Source: the human T2T-CHM13v2.0 reference genome, Homo sapiens
Assembly (NCBI RefSeq): GCF_009914755.1
Contig: NC_060925.1
Length of the DNA: 64,000 nucleotides
Strand: one strand, 5' to 3'
In this document: positions 32,906-48,471 of the stretch, one piece after another
Layout of the letters: each line of letters starts with the position of its first letter
Position numbering within the stretch: position 1 is the stretch's first letter
Program-made: the position numbers and the translations under genes
The notes under the pieces: model-generated
Told to the model about the DNA's origin: nothing
The model's input: the letters and a program-made list of their open reading frames with translations, nothing else
The model's database searches: none

Positions 32906-33169
32906 TTTTTTTTTTTTTTTTGAGATGGAGTCTAGCTCTGTTGCTCAGGCTGGAGTGCAGTGGCGCGATCTGGGCTCACTGCAAGCTCCACCTCCCGGGT
33001 TCACACCATTCTCCTCCTCAGCCTCCCAAGTAGCTGGGAGTACAGGCGCCCACCACCACGCCTGGCTAAATTTTTTTTTGTATTTTTAGTAGAGACGGAA
33101 TTTCACCGTGTTAGCCAGGATGGTCTTGATCTCCTGCCCCCATGATCCGCCCACCTGGGCCTCCCAAAG
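32906..33169 (-). mobile_element. 5'-truncated AluY
   Basis: Lacks the first ~35 nt; TSD TCATTGGCAGA at 32895-32905 and 33170-33180. Confidence 0.95.
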
Positions 33170-33594
33170 TCATTGGCAGAATAATTAAACTAGAACCCTC
33201 TCTTGCACTATATACAAAAATCAAATCCAAATGGGTTAAAGACTTAAATCAAAGACACAAAACTACTGAAAGAAAACATTAGGGAAACTCTCCAGGAATT
33301 GGTCTTGGCACAGATTTCTTGAGTAATACTCCAAAAGCTCAGGCAACCAAAGCAAAAATGAACAAGTGGTATCACATCAAGTTCAAAAGTTTCTGCATAG
33401 TAAAGAAAACAATGGACAAAGTGAAAAGACAATCCACAGAATGGAAGAAAATATTTGCAAACTATATAACTGACAAGGGATTAGTAACCAGAATATATAA
33501 GGAGCTCAAACAACTCTATAAGAAAAAAACTAACAATCCAATTATTTAAATGGGCAAAAGATCTGAACAGACAGTTCTCAAAAGAAGGCACACA

Positions 33595-33883
33595 GGTCAG
33601 GCGCAGTGGCTGACACATGTAATTCCAGCACTTTGGGGAGCCAAGACGGGGGGCCACTTGAGCCCAGGAGTTCAAGATCATCCTGAACAATGTAGCAAAT
33701 AATTTTAAAAACGACCTGGGCATGGTGATGCATGCCTGTGGTCCCAGCTACTCAGGAGGCTGAGGTGGGAGGATTGCTTGAACCCTGGAAGTCAACACTA
33801 CATTAAGCCATGATCATACCACTGCACTCCAGCCTGGGTGACAGAGTGAGACCCTGTCTCAAAAAATGAGCAAAAACAAAAAA
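33595..33883 (+). mobile_element. AluJ
   Basis: J-type GGAGGATTGCTTGA, with a deletion in the middle A-rich region. Confidence 0.9.
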
Positions 33884-34535
33884 GAACATATATAAATGTC
33901 AAACAGGTATAAGAAAAGATGCTCAATATCATTCATTATGACAGAAATTGAAATCAAAACTACAAAAATATATCATCTTACCCCATTAAAATGGCTTTTA
34001 TGCAAAAGACAGGCAATAACAAATGCTTTCAAGAATGTGGGGAAAAGGGAACACTCTTACTCTGTTGGTGGGAATGTAAATTAATATATTCACTATGGAG
34101 AACAATATGGAGGTCCCTCAAAAAATTAAAAATAGAACTATCATATGATCCAGCAATCCCACTGCTGGGTATATACCCAAGAGAGGGAAAATTAGTATAT
34201 CAAAGAGATATCTGCATTCCCATATTTATTTCAGCATTATTCATAATAGCCAAGATTTGGAAGCAACCTAAGTGTGCATCAACAGATGAAGGGATAAAGA
34301 AAATGTAGTACATATACACGATGGAGTTCTCTTCGGCCATGAAAAAGAATAAGATTCTGTCATTTGCAACAACATGGATGGAACTAGAGGACATTATGTT
34401 AAGTACAATGAGCCAGGCACAGAAAGACAGACTTCGCATGTTCTCACTCATTTGTGGGAGCTAAAAATTAAAACAATTGAACTCATCAAAATAGAGAGTA
34501 GACTGAGAGTTTCCAGAGGCTGGGAAGAGTAGCGG

Positions 34536-35070
34536 TGTTACGGGATATTTGGGGTGTTACTATTCTGGACAGAAACCTCTATGACTGGTGGCATCTTTGC
34601 CTGAGTTTTGCTGGGCCCCGCACACTCAGCCTGGCAGGCTGTGCTCTGCTCATGCTACCACGTTGGATCCCATGCCTGCCAAGGGAGACTGCATGGAGTG
34701 GCAAGGGGTGTGTGAGTGAGCATGGGGTCTGTCCACTGTGCAGTCAGATTTGCAGGCTGCTGAAGTGGGGCTGGTAACTCCAGGTGCCAACACGGGCGCC
34801 AGCTCTCCACAAGGCTGTGGCTGGACCACGGGCACCTCAAGAAGCTTCCACAGCTGGCACACTGGGAACACAGTGGCACCCAGAAGCTTGGAGATATCAG
34901 GAACCAAAGGCCCCAAAGAAGGAATTACAGCTCTGGCTCGGGGATCTCCCAGGTCTGGGCTCCCCAAAGGGCCATAGCTCTTCTTTCCTTCTCTTTGCCC
35001 ACAATGTGGCGAGCAAGGGGCATGTCTCAGCCCTGTTTGTGTTACAGCTCTTTCAGCCTCTTCCCTAGGA
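34536..35070 (-). mobile_element. MER52-type LTR, 3' part only
   Basis: Reverse-complement homology to ~11190-11719; terminus TGTTAC at 34536; the other end is truncated. Confidence 0.75.
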
Positions 35071-36247
35071 TTTGTCATAATTAATTCCCATATCATCTTA
35101 TTTTTTTACATGTGTTTCAACTTCAGAAGATGTATGGATCTAAACACAACATGATGTGTCAGCTAGCTGCCATATGAGTTTCTCCCTGTTTCACCACTAT
35201 GTAGCCTAAAGTTATTCCGTCATCCATGACTATCCTGGCTAAAGAGTCCGAAGATCTTTATTTGATAGCTATGGCTTCAGCTAGTTCATTTGCTAAGTTA
35301 CCTAGAGTGGTTGACAGATTTCTAATTATACGTTCATGAGAGGTTACTCCCCACCATTGCAAGAGACTTCTGCCAAACATAGGCCAAAATTCATCTGCTT
35401 GGTTTGCAGGTACGGTTTGTCTAATCCTGGAAAATAATTTCGATGAACTACTTCAGCGTTCAGAAACATTGGAGTTATAAATAGGAAGAGGAAGAGCCAC
35501 ATAACCTAATAGACAATTACCTCTCATATTCCAGCAGTCAACACATTCATAAGCCCATGTGTGCTTGATCCAGGGACCACACAGGGTCCCTGAAGGATTC
35601 TGAAATTTAAGGCTTTGGTTTACTGGTAACAGAGACAGGTTAAAGTACATGTCTTCAGTCTTGAGTAGAGTGTAATCAGTCTGATTTCTTTTTTTTTTAA
35701 TGAGACAAACATCAGGTAAAGACCTTGACAAGAAGGAAGAGAAATCCCGAGATTCTATAATCATAATAATCGAATTGTAATTGCTAGTTTAAGTAGTCCT
35801 TCAAAAATACATCTCACTCTTGACAGGATAAAACAAGTTTTTTAAAAATATATTTTATCTGGGTTCACTAGGGAACACTTGGAGCCAGGAAATAATTCAG
35901 GATTCAGCCCAAATTATAGGCAAATAATAAAAACTCGGAAAAGAATGATCAGGGCTGGAATCTAATGGCATATGTCACAGTTTTCATTTGAAACATAAAT
36001 TTTCTCTCTCTAGTCCATCATTTTATCAAAGACAAACCATAGTAGGACAAATTTCTGTGCAAAATAAGTTTTAGTCTTATCATACATGGTCTGATTATTG
36101 CATAAAGTGTAGCAAGAATATTTATTGACCATATAGGCTTCTTAAAATTGGCTTTGTTGGAACTTTCTAATAAGGAATCTTAGACTTTTAAAAGCCTTGA
36201 GGCTAGCCAAGTCAAAGATTTGCATCATACTGTGTCTGTAATACTTT

Positions 36248-39200
36248 TTTTTAACCTACTTTTTTATTATAATTTAAGTTGTGGGGTACACGTGCAGAAT
36301 GCGCAGGTTTGTTACATAGGTATATATGTGCTGTGGTGGTTTGCTGCACCCATCAACCCATCACCTATATTAGGTATTTGTCCTAATGCTATCCCTCCCC
36401 CCGCCCCCAACCCCCAACACGCCCCAGTGTGTGATGTTCCCCTCCCTGTGTCCTTGTGTTCTTGTTGTTCAACTCCCACTTATGAGTGAGAACATGTGGT
36501 GTTTTGTTTTCTATTCTTGTGTTAGTTTGCTGAGAATGACGGTTTCCAGCTTCATCCATGTCCCTACAAAGGACATGAACTCATCCTTTTTTATGGCTGC
36601 ATAGTATTCCATGGTGTATATGTGCCACATTTTCTTTATCCAGTCTATAATTGATGGGATTTTGGGTTGGTTCCAAGTCTTTGTTATTGTGAACAGTCCT
36701 GCAATAAACATACGTGTGCATGTGTCTTTATGGTAGAATGATTTATAATCCTTTGGGTATATACCCAGTAATGGGATTGCTGGGCCAAATGGCATTTCTA
36801 GTTCTAGATCCTTGAGGAATAGTCACACTGTCTTCCACAATGGTTGAACTAATTTACACTCCCACCAACAGTGTAAAAGCGATCCTATTTCTCCGCATCC
36901 TCTCCAGTATCTTTTGTTTCCTGACTTATTAATGATCACCATTCTAACTGGCATGAGATGGCATCTCATTGTGGTTTTGATTTGCATTTCTCTAATGACT
37001 AGTGATGATGAGTTTTTTTTCATATGTTTGTTGGTTGCATAATTGTCCTCTTTTAAGAAGTGTCTGTTCACATCCTTTGCCCACTTTTTGATGGGATTGT
37101 TCTTTCTTGTAAATTTGTTTAAGTTCTTTGTAGATTCTGGATATTAGCCCTTTGTCAGATGGATAGATTGCAAAAATTTTCTCCCATTTTGTAGGTTGCC
37201 CTTTCACTCTCATAGTTTCTTTTGCTGTCCAGAAGCTCTTTAGTTTAATTAGGTCCCATTTGTCAATTTTGGTTTTTGTTGCCATTGTTTTTGGTGTTTT
37301 AGTCATGAAGTCTTTGCCCATGCCTATGTCCTGAATGGTATTGCCTAGGTTTTCCTCTAGGGTTTTTACGGCTTTAGGTATTAGGTTTAAGTCTTTAATC
37401 CATCTTGAGTTAATTTTTATATAAGGTTTAAGGAAGGGATCCAGTTTCAGCTTTCTGCCTAAGGCTAGCCAGTTTTCCCAACACCATTTATTAAATAGGG
37501 AATCCTTTCCCCAGTGCTTGTTTTTCTCAGGTTTGTCAAAGATCAGATGGTTGTAGATATGTGGTGTTATTTCTGAGGGTTTGGTTCTGTTCCTTTGATC
37601 TATATATCTGTTTTGGTACCAGTACCATGCTCTTTTGTTTATCGTAGCCTTGTAGTATAGTTTGAAGTCAGGTAGCATGATGCTTGAAGCTTTGTTCTTT
37701 TTGCTTAGGATTGTCTTGGCTATTCGGGCTCTTTTTTGATTCCATATGAAATGTAAAATATATTTTTCCAATTCTGTAGAGAAAGTCAATGGAGTTTAAT
37801 GGGGATAGCAGTGAATCTATAAATTACTTTGGGTAGTATGGCCATTTTCACGATATTGATTCTTCCTATTGATGAGCATGGAATGTTTTTCCATTTGTTT
37901 GTGTCCTCTCGTGTTTCCTTGAGGAGTGGTTTGTAGTTCTCCTTGAAGAGGTCCTTCACATCCTTGTAAGTTGTATTCCTAGGTATTTCATTCTTGTTGT
38001 AGCAATGGAGAATGGGAGTTCACTCATAGTTTGGCTCTCTGTTTGTCTGTTATTGGTGTATAAGAAAGCTTGTGATTTTTGCACATTAATTTTGTATCCT
38101 GAAAATTTGCTGAAGTTGCTTATCAGCTTAAGGAGATTTGGGGCTGAGATGATGGGGTTTTCTAAATATATAATCATGTCATCTGCAAACAGAGACAATT
38201 TGACTTCTTCTTTTCCTAATTGAACACCCTGTATTTCTTTCTCTTGCCTGATTACCCTTGCCAGAACTTCCAACACTATGTGGAATAGGAGTAGTGAGAG
38301 AGGGCATCCTTGTCTTGTGCTGATTTTCAAAGGGAATGCTTCCAGTTTTTGCACATTCAGTATGTTATTGGCTGTGGGTTTGCCATAAATAGCACTTAAT
38401 ATTTTGAGATACGTTACATCAACACCAGTTTATTGAGAGTTTTTAGCATGAAGGGCTGTTGAATTTTGTCAAAGGCCTTTTCTGCATCTATTGAGATAAT
38501 CATGTAGTTTTTGTCATTGATTCCGTTTATGTGATGGATTACATTTATTGATTTGCATGTTGAGCCAGCCTTGCATCCCAGGGATGAAGCCAACTTGGTC
38601 ATGGTGGACAAGCTTTTTGATGTGCTGCTGGATTCAGTTTTCCAGTATTTTATTCAGGATTTCTGCTTTGATGTTCATCAGGGATATTGGCCTAAAATTT
38701 CCTTTTTTTGTTGTGTCCCTGCCAGGATTTGGTATCAAGATGATCCTGGCCTCATAAAATGAGTTAGGGAGGATTATCTTTTTCTATTGTTTGGAATAGT
38801 TTCAGAAGGAATGGTACCAGCTCCTCTTTGTACCTCTGGTAGAATTTGGCTGTGAATCCGTCTGGTCCTGGACATTTTTGGTTGGTAGGCTATTGATTAA
38901 TGCCTCAATTTCAGAACTTGTTATTGGTCCATTCAGGAATTTGACTTCTTCCTGGTTTAGTCTTGGTAGTATTATCTGATGATAATTTGTATTTCTGTGG
39001 GATCAGTGGTGATATCCCCTTAATCATTTTTTATTGCATCTATTTGATTCTTCTGTCTTTTCTTCTTTATTAGTCTGGCTAGTGGTCTGTTTTGTTGATC
39101 TTTTCAAAAAACCAGCTCCTGGATTCATTGATTTTTTGAAGGGTTTTTCAAGTCTCTATCTCGTTCAATTCTGCTCTGATCTTATTTATGTCTTGTCATC

Positions 39201-41538
39201 TGCTAGCTTTTGAATTTGCTTGTTCTTTCTTCTCTAGTTCTTTTAATTTTGATGTTAAGGTGTTAATTTTAGATCTTTCCTGCTTTCTCTTGTGGGCATT
39301 TAGTGCCATAAATTTCCCTCTACACACTGCTTTAAATGTGTCCCAGAGATTCTGGTACGTTGTGTCTTTTTTCTCATTGGTTTTGAAGAACATCTTTATT
39401 TCTGCCTTCATTTCGTTATTTACCCAGTAGTCATTCAGGAGCAGGTTGCCCAGTTTCCATGTAGTTGTGAGGTTTTGAGTGAGGTTCTTAATCCTGCATA
39501 TTAATTTGAATGCATTGTGGTCTGAGAGACTGTTTGTTATGATTTCCATTCTTTTGCATTTCCTGAGGAGTGTTTTACTTCCAATTATGTGGTCAATTTT
39601 AGAATAAGTACAATGCGGTGCTGAGAAGAAGGTACATTCTATTGATTTGGGGTGGAGAGTTCTGTAGATATCTTTTAGGTCCACTTGGTCCAGAGCTGAG
39701 TTCAAGTCCTGGATATTCTTGTTAATTTTCTGTCTCATCGATCTAATATTGACAGTGGAGTGTTAAAGTCTCCCACTATTATTGTGTGGGAGTCTAAGTC
39801 TCTTTGTAGGTCTTTAAGAACTTGCTTTATGAATCTGAGTGCTCCTGTATTGGGTGCATATATGTTTAGGATAGTTAGCTCTTCTTGTTGCATTGATCCC
39901 TTTACCATTATGTAATGCCCTTCTTTGTCTCTTTTTATCTTTGTTGGCTTAAGATCTGTTTTATCAGAAACTAGGATTGCAACCCCTGCCTTTTGTTGCT
40001 TTCCACATGCTTGGTAAATGTTTCTTCATCCCTTTATTTTGATCCTATGTGTATGAGATGGGTCTCCTGAATACAACACATTGATGGGTCTTGACTCTTT
40101 ATCCAATTTGCCAGACTGTGTCAACTGGGGACATTTAGCTCATTTACATTTAAGGTTAATATTGTTATGTGTGAATTTGATCCTGTCATTATGATACTAG
40201 CTGGTTATTTTGCTCATTAGTTGATGCAGTTTTTTCATCGTGTCAATAGTCTTTATAATTTGGTATGTTTTTACAGTGGCTGTTACCAGTTGTTCCTTTC
40301 CGTGTTTAGTGCTTCCTTCAGGAGCTCTTGTAAGGCAGGCCTGGTGGTGACAATATCTCTCAGCATTTGCTTGTAAAGGATTTTATTTCTCCTTCAATTA
40401 TGAAGCTTAGTTTGGCTGGATATGAAATTCTGGCTTGAAAATTCTTTTCTTTAGGAATGTTGTATATTGGCCCCCACTCTCTTCTGGCTTGTAGGTTTTC
40501 TGCCAAGAGATCCACTGTTAGTCTGATGGGCTTCCCTTTGTGGGTAACTCAACCTTTCTCTCTGGCTGACCTTAATATTTTTTCCTTCATTTCAACCTTG
40601 GTGAATCTGATGATTTTGTGTCTTGGGGTTGCTCTTCTTGAGGAGTATCTTAGTGGTGTTCTCTGTATTTCCTGAATTTGAATGTTGGCCTGTCTTGCTA
40701 GGTTGGGGAAGTTCTCCTGGATAATATCCTTAAGAGTTTTTTCCAACTTGGTTCCATTCTTTCTGTCACTTTCAGGTACACCAATCAAACGTAGATTCAG
40801 TCTTTTAACATAGTCCTCTATTTCTTGGAGGCTTTGTTCATTTCTTTTCACTCTTTTTTCTCTAATCTTGCCTTCTTGCTTTATTTCATTGAGTTGATCT
40901 TCAATCTCTGATATCCTTTCTCCTGGTTGATTGAATCAACTATTTATACTTGTGTATGCTTCATGAAGTTCTTGTGCTGGGTTTTTCAGCTCCATCAGGT
41001 CATTTATATTCTTCTCTAAACTGGTTATTCTAGTTAACAGTTTGTCTAACCTTTATTTTTCAGACTCTTAGCTTCCTTGCATTGGGTTAGAACATGCTCC
41101 TTTAGCTCGGAGGAGTTTGTTATTACCCACCTTCCGAAGCCTACTTCTGTCAATTCGTCAAACTCATTGTCTGTCCAGTTTTGTTCCCTTGCTGGCGGGG
41201 AGTTGTGATCTTCTGGAGGAGAAGAGGCATTCTGACTTTTGGAGTTTTCAGCATTTTTGCACTGGTTTCTCCCCATCTTTGTGGATTTATTTACCTTTGG
41301 TCTTTGATGTTGGTGATGTTGATACTATTCCTTTCTGTTTGTTAGTTTTCCTTCTAACAGTCAGGTCCCTCTGCTGCAGGTTTGCTCGAGTTTGCTGGAG
41401 GTCCACTCCAGACCCTGTTTGCCTGGGTATCACCAGTGGAGGCTCAGTTGGAAATGCATGAAACACCTGACTTCTGTGTTGATCTCACTGGGTGCTGCAG
41501 GCCGGAGCTGTTCCTATTCAGAAATCTTGCCAGATCTC
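36248..41538 (-). mobile_element. L1PA7-like element, complete at both ends but with a spliced 5'UTR (SpIRE-type)
   Basis: TSD CTGTAATACTTT at 36236-36247 and 41539-41550; 5' end GGCAAGATTTCTGAATAGGAACAGCTCCGG; broken ORF1 (from 41276) and ORF2 (from 40189); PA7-type 3'UTR. Confidence 0.9.
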
Positions 41539-42322
41539 CTGTAATACTTTAATGAATGGGTGTAGTCCTCTCTTCTCAAGGTCCCCAAATATCTTGAGGT
41601 TCCTTGGCCCTTCAGAAAGTGACATTCTTTACTTCTTACCACAAGGATAGCAACTTTGTAAAGGACCTTTGTAGACAGGACATCAAGCCAGTCATTCTAA
41701 GGGGCTTTGTATTGGTGCTATAAAGTCAACCTCAATTCCTTAAAGTGGTCTGGTTGTATCTGCCATTCGAGTTAAAGCCTTGATAAAACAAACAGTGTCT
41801 CCAATTGAATCTTGTTACCAAAAACAGATTCTTATTGAAATTATGTAAATAATTATATTGCCATAATTTAAGAATGCTCACGAATGGCTTCTGAATTCTG
41901 GAGAAATCAGCTAGAGAGACAGATAAATGGCTCAAATTTTTGTTCACAATGTAGTTTATCTAATGTATTGTAAGTTAAAAATAGCTGAAAAGAAAAAAAA
42001 TTCTTGACTTTGGAAAACAAAACATAAAGAGGATCAACAATGTTTCTAATGGAAGGGCCATGGATAAAATCTTTTCCTTCTTTTATAAGTTCAGTCCCAT
42101 GTAACTAAATCTTGTTCTGCTTGATTTCAAATAGCAATTCTCATTCAGTTTTTTGTGTTTTGCTTGATTTCAATTAGAAATTCTCATTCAGCTTTTTAGA
42201 GTCCTGGAAGATTTTCCTAGTCCAATGGTATGATCCCCAAAGTTATCTGAAACCATATTTAAGAGAACTTGTCAGAATCCTTTCCATTAAAAGTAATTTA
42301 GATGATAGCTGATTGTAAAGGC

Positions 42323-42670
42323 TTTTTTTTTTTTTTTTGAGACACGGTTTGGCTCTATCACTCAGGATGGAGTGCAGTGGCATGATCTTGGTTCACTGCA
42401 ATCTCTCCCTCCCAAACTCAAGCCATCCTCCTACCTCACCCTCTGAAGTAGCTGGGACCATAGGCATGCACCATCATGCCTGGCTAATTTTTGTATTTTT
42501 GTAGAGATAGGATTTTACCATGTTGCCTAGGCTGCTTTCAAACTTCTTAGTTTAAGCAATTCACCCACCTCGGCCTTGCAAAGTGCTGGGATATTTACAC
42601 ACATGAGCCACCATGCCCTGCACCATGCCCAGCACCGTGCCCTGCATGGCCTCCAGCACCGTGCCCAGCC
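42323..42670 (-). mobile_element. AluJ with an 11-bp stutter at its 5' end
   Basis: Reverse Alu; CACC(A/G)TGCCC(T/A)G repeated at ~42610-42670. Confidence 0.9.
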
Positions 42671-43042
42671 TGTAAAGGGTTTTAGAGAAGAACTTTAATC
42701 AATCACCGTGGATGACAAAAACTTAGAATAGCCTTTGGTTAAAATCCAGTGGAAGTTCTCAAATCTCGAGAAAACTTAGTTATTTGTATTATATGTAGCA
42801 TTTTAAGATAACAGCCAGAATCATGACTGATGGCAACACATCAGATCCATCAGACTTCCACAAATTTTATATAATCTTTAGAATATTTATATTAATAATA
42901 TATCTATACACATACAACTTTAGAAAATATTTAACATCATCAAAATTATGACTGAAACCCTATTAGATTTTTATAATTTATATAACGTTTAAAATATTTA
43001 TATTAATAACATACCTATAAAAGTAACCAAAAGAAGATTTAA

Positions 43043-43334
43043 GCTGGACACAGTGGCTCATGCCTGTAATCCCAACACTTTGGGAGGCCAAGTTGGACAG
43101 ATCATCAGAGGTCAGGAGTTTGACACCTGCCTGGCCAACATGGAGAAATCTTGCCTCTACTAAAAATACAAAATTAGCCGGGCATGGTGGCACGTGTCTG
43201 TAGTCCCAGCTACTTGGGAGGTTGAGGCAGAAGAATTGCTTGAACCTTGGGGCAGAATTTGCAGTGAACCTAGATCATGCCACAGCATTCCAGCCTGGGT
43301 GACAAAGCAAGATTCTGTCTCAGAGAAAAAAAAA
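43043..43334 (+). mobile_element. AluS
   Basis: TSD AAAAGAAGATTTA. Confidence 0.95.
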
Positions 43335-43433
43335 GAAGATTTAGTGTTACTTATCTTTTGGCAATGCTTCCCATACAATGTTACCAACTAAGTTTTAGCA
43401 AAGATGTCAAAAAATTGAAAACATTTGACCTAA

Positions 43434-43755
<322 letters not shown>

Positions 43756-44903
43756 ACATGTCATTTTTAAATAACATTCATTTAATTAGCATGACAACCA
43801 AAAGACATCAAAAGCAACATAGAAGGTTACATGGATGTGAAAACTGAAAACCCTCAGTTTTCCCAAGTAATTAAAAAAAAATAAAGGCAACACATGGATT
43901 ATCTTGATAAAACCTAAAATCTTTATTACAGGCCAGTCATTTAAAGGGTAAAAGCTCCTGTGGCATAATTGTGTCTTCTTATGGGAAGCTAATTTAAATC
44001 ACTTGGAAGTCAAACCGATGAGAAGGAGACTTGAATTTAATTAGACATAGAAAGAGTGTGTCCAGGGTCATGAGTGAGCATAATATTACAGAGGAATGTC
44101 AACAGGAAAACCAGAGCATAGAGCAGTGGGGATCCATAGCTCACAATGATAGCATGGAAGTTTCCTGGTTACATGAAGTAATTAAGACATATTTAAAAGC
44201 CAAGAGTACAAAATTAGACCTGATGAAAAAGCTGAAGGAGTTATCATCCCAGCCAAGCAGGAAACCCAAGCCTTTTATTCCTTCTCAAGAAGAAACAGAA
44301 GACAATGATGTGATCTGTGAGTCATGTGTAACATGAAAGTACAGGAAACGTTGATCTTCTGATATACAAATCTGAAAAGATTTTATAGTAACAGATATCA
44401 GGATTAAAAGTCAATATTTATTACCTCTTATTATGAGCAAATAAATACATTAAGAAAACCTTGTTGTTTTAACCAAATTTTTTTGCTTTTTATCACTATG
44501 TTTTTAATATTACAGCTAATTTAAATAAACTTTATAAACAATCTATCTGATCTCAATCAGTTTTGACCTCGAGGTAAGATTTACATAAACTTTTAATAAC
44601 CTTGTATAATTTTTTCCATCTTTCCCAACTTTTTATACACATTTAGTTTTATCTATCTTTTTTATTCCTTCAATTTAAAATAATCCTTAAAAATCTCTAA
44701 GCGAATTTACTTTCTCTGAAACAAAAACCCGTATACATTTTGCATACAGAATTGTTTATCTTGTATCTAGTAGTCTTAATCACATATATCTACCAAGATA
44801 TTAACACTTAGTAACCCTTATTTTAATAAAAAACTTAGGAAGAAAGAAATCTTGAATTGTCATATAGCAGTATCTTACATATGAGAATGATTTCATAATT
44901 TAG

Positions 44904-45224
<321 letters not shown>

Positions 45225-45303
45225 TAAGTTTTAAATTGGAAATAACCCAGATATTTAATGAGTATCTATTATTTAATTTAACATAACTAAAATTTCAAAA
45301 ATA

Positions 45304-45578
45304 GGCTGGGCATGGTGGCTCACACCTGTAATCCCAACACTTTAGGAGGCCAAGGCAGGAGTATCGTGAGACCAGCCTGAGCAAAATAGCGAGATGCTGA
45401 CTCTACAAAAAAAATAAAAGTTAGCTGACCATGGTGTTGCATGCCTGTAATTAACAGCTTCTTGGGAGGTTGAGGTGGGAGGATTCCTTGAGTGCAGGAG
45501 GTCAAGGTTGCAACGAGCTGTGATCATGCCACTGCACTTCAGCCTGGGTGACAGGCAGAGACATTGGCTCAAAAAAAT
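45304..45578 (+). mobile_element. AluJ
   Basis: TSD AAAATTTCAAAAATA. Confidence 0.9.
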
Positions 45579-46057
45579 TTCAAAAATACATTAAAATGTC
45601 TTGTATAGACATTTATCCATTTACATTTACTTATTTTTGACAGTTTATCTAGAGTATTTGTGAGAACTGAGGTATTAGACAAAGCTAGTCATCATTTCTA
45701 GGTTATTTTCTTTTTAACCATGTTATAGCCTGTGAATATCAGGTGTTCACATAAGTGAGGATTTCAAAGTTAAATACAAGGGTATTTTACCAATAACTCA
45801 GAAAATTACATAATTTTTGTTCAACAAACCGTATTAAATTGGTCTTATGTATTTAAAAAAATCACATAAACAAATATTCTTTTTTTCCCTGTGTTTATAG
45901 CTTTATAACCTTCATGCCAAACCCTAGCACCTTAAAATATCTAGCAAATGTAAATATAAAACACAGTCAAAAATGTATGCTGACAATTCTGAAGACATTT
46001 CTATTTTTATTTTATCAATACTTTTTAAATTATTTGTATTTATAAAAGAACTCTTTT

Positions 46058-46370
46058 GTCTGGGCACAGTGGTTCATGCCTGTATCCCAGCACTTTGAGA
46101 GGCTGAGGCAAGAGGATCACTTGAGCTCAGGAGTTTGAGACCAGCCTGGGCAACAGAGTGAGATCCAATCTCTACTAAGAATAAGATAAAAAATTGCCAG
46201 TCATGGTGGTGCATGCCTATTGTCCCAGCTACTAGAGAGGATGAGGCAGGAGGATTGCTTGAGCCTGGGAGGTTGAGATAAGAGTGAGCTATGATCCCAC
46301 TACTGCACTCCAGTCTGGGGAACAGAGTAAGACCTTAGAGTAAGACCTTGTCTCAAAAAGAGAAAAAAAT
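46058..46370 (+). mobile_element. AluJ
   Basis: Alu dimer, J-type. Confidence 0.9.
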
Positions 46371-46614
46371 AAAAAATTGCTTCATTCTTTTGTTTTTCTT
46401 CAGCCAAGTAACCTTGAATTGGTAACACCACAGACAGTAAGTCTTATCTCAACACCAGTAGACAAATCAGCAGATTCAAAGTAGGCAGGGAAAAAAAAAA
46501 GATAGGCAAAAGAACTGAGACTTTTTCATTTTAGGGTTTTTAAAAATAGTAACTATTTGAGTTTTGAATTTTCTTTCATGTAATTTGGCCGTCAGGTTTA
46601 AAGTGTGCACTAGA

Positions 46615-47333
<719 letters not shown>

Positions 47334-48047
47334 CTAGAATGGTCCATAATATATAACCAGCTCGAGTCCCAGAAAACCTAGCAAGCTTAAGGTTAGAGCT
47401 TCTCATTTTGGCCTCTTCAAGATTAAATCTCCTTTAGTAAGCCCTTCCCCTCTAGGGAGGTACTTGCCAGAGCGCTGCCTGAAGTTGGTTTTCTGATGCC
47501 CTGTTGTTTCTGTTCTGAATCGCTTATTTCTCATTATAAGAGCTCAGCAAAGCAGGCAGAGTTAAAAAGCAGAGACAAGAAGGCTTTAAAATAATGGACT
47601 TCACTCCTACACTGAATCTCAGGTCCTCAGAAAGACAGAAACACCATGGGACCACAGCAAAGGCAGAAGGAGGAGTGAGAGAGGGAGGTGGACAGAACAA
47701 CAAAGAGGAGTTGGCTCTCAATTTTTCACGTGTGCCATTTTCTTTAGGTTTTTCTAGTTTATGGAGTCTCTTTGTTCCAGTTGAGCACACAGATAAACTA
47801 GAAATCTCACAAGGCTTTTGCTGAGAACGTCAAAGCCTTTAACCTCTGTTGGGCCAAATATTTAGACCAAAAATACAGATAGACACACAAAAGCCAGAAC
47901 CAGACCAGATTGAGTAGCTCAGTAGCTACAGCCTTTATTCCCTTTATTCTTTAGGGTTTGAACTCAAACCAGATTCAGGATTCTAACCCAACCAGGACCC
48001 CCCTGGGGTGAAACTGAAACCCCACAGTCTAGACAAGGTTGGGGGTC

Positions 48048-48348
<301 letters not shown>

Positions 48349-48471
48349 TGCTTGTTCTTTTCATTTCATCCTGATCTCCGAATACAGGAGAGTAGCTGAT
48401 TTGGTGTTCACTAACAAGCACAGAAGCTTTGTTATATTTACAGTGTCATTCTTGGCAAAACCTGAAGTTTT

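Noticed and set aside
34536-35070. MER52 copies at 10458 and 34536 as arms of one inversion
   Set aside because: They have different hosts (ERV leader vs L1MA 3'UTR) and are clearly diverged, so independent insertions are more parsimonious.
38955-38985. Second splice event in the L1PA7 ORF2 (~65-70-bp gap)
   Set aside because: The deletion ends are not GT/AG when compared with the homologous intact region at ~16395-16470; it is a simple deletion.
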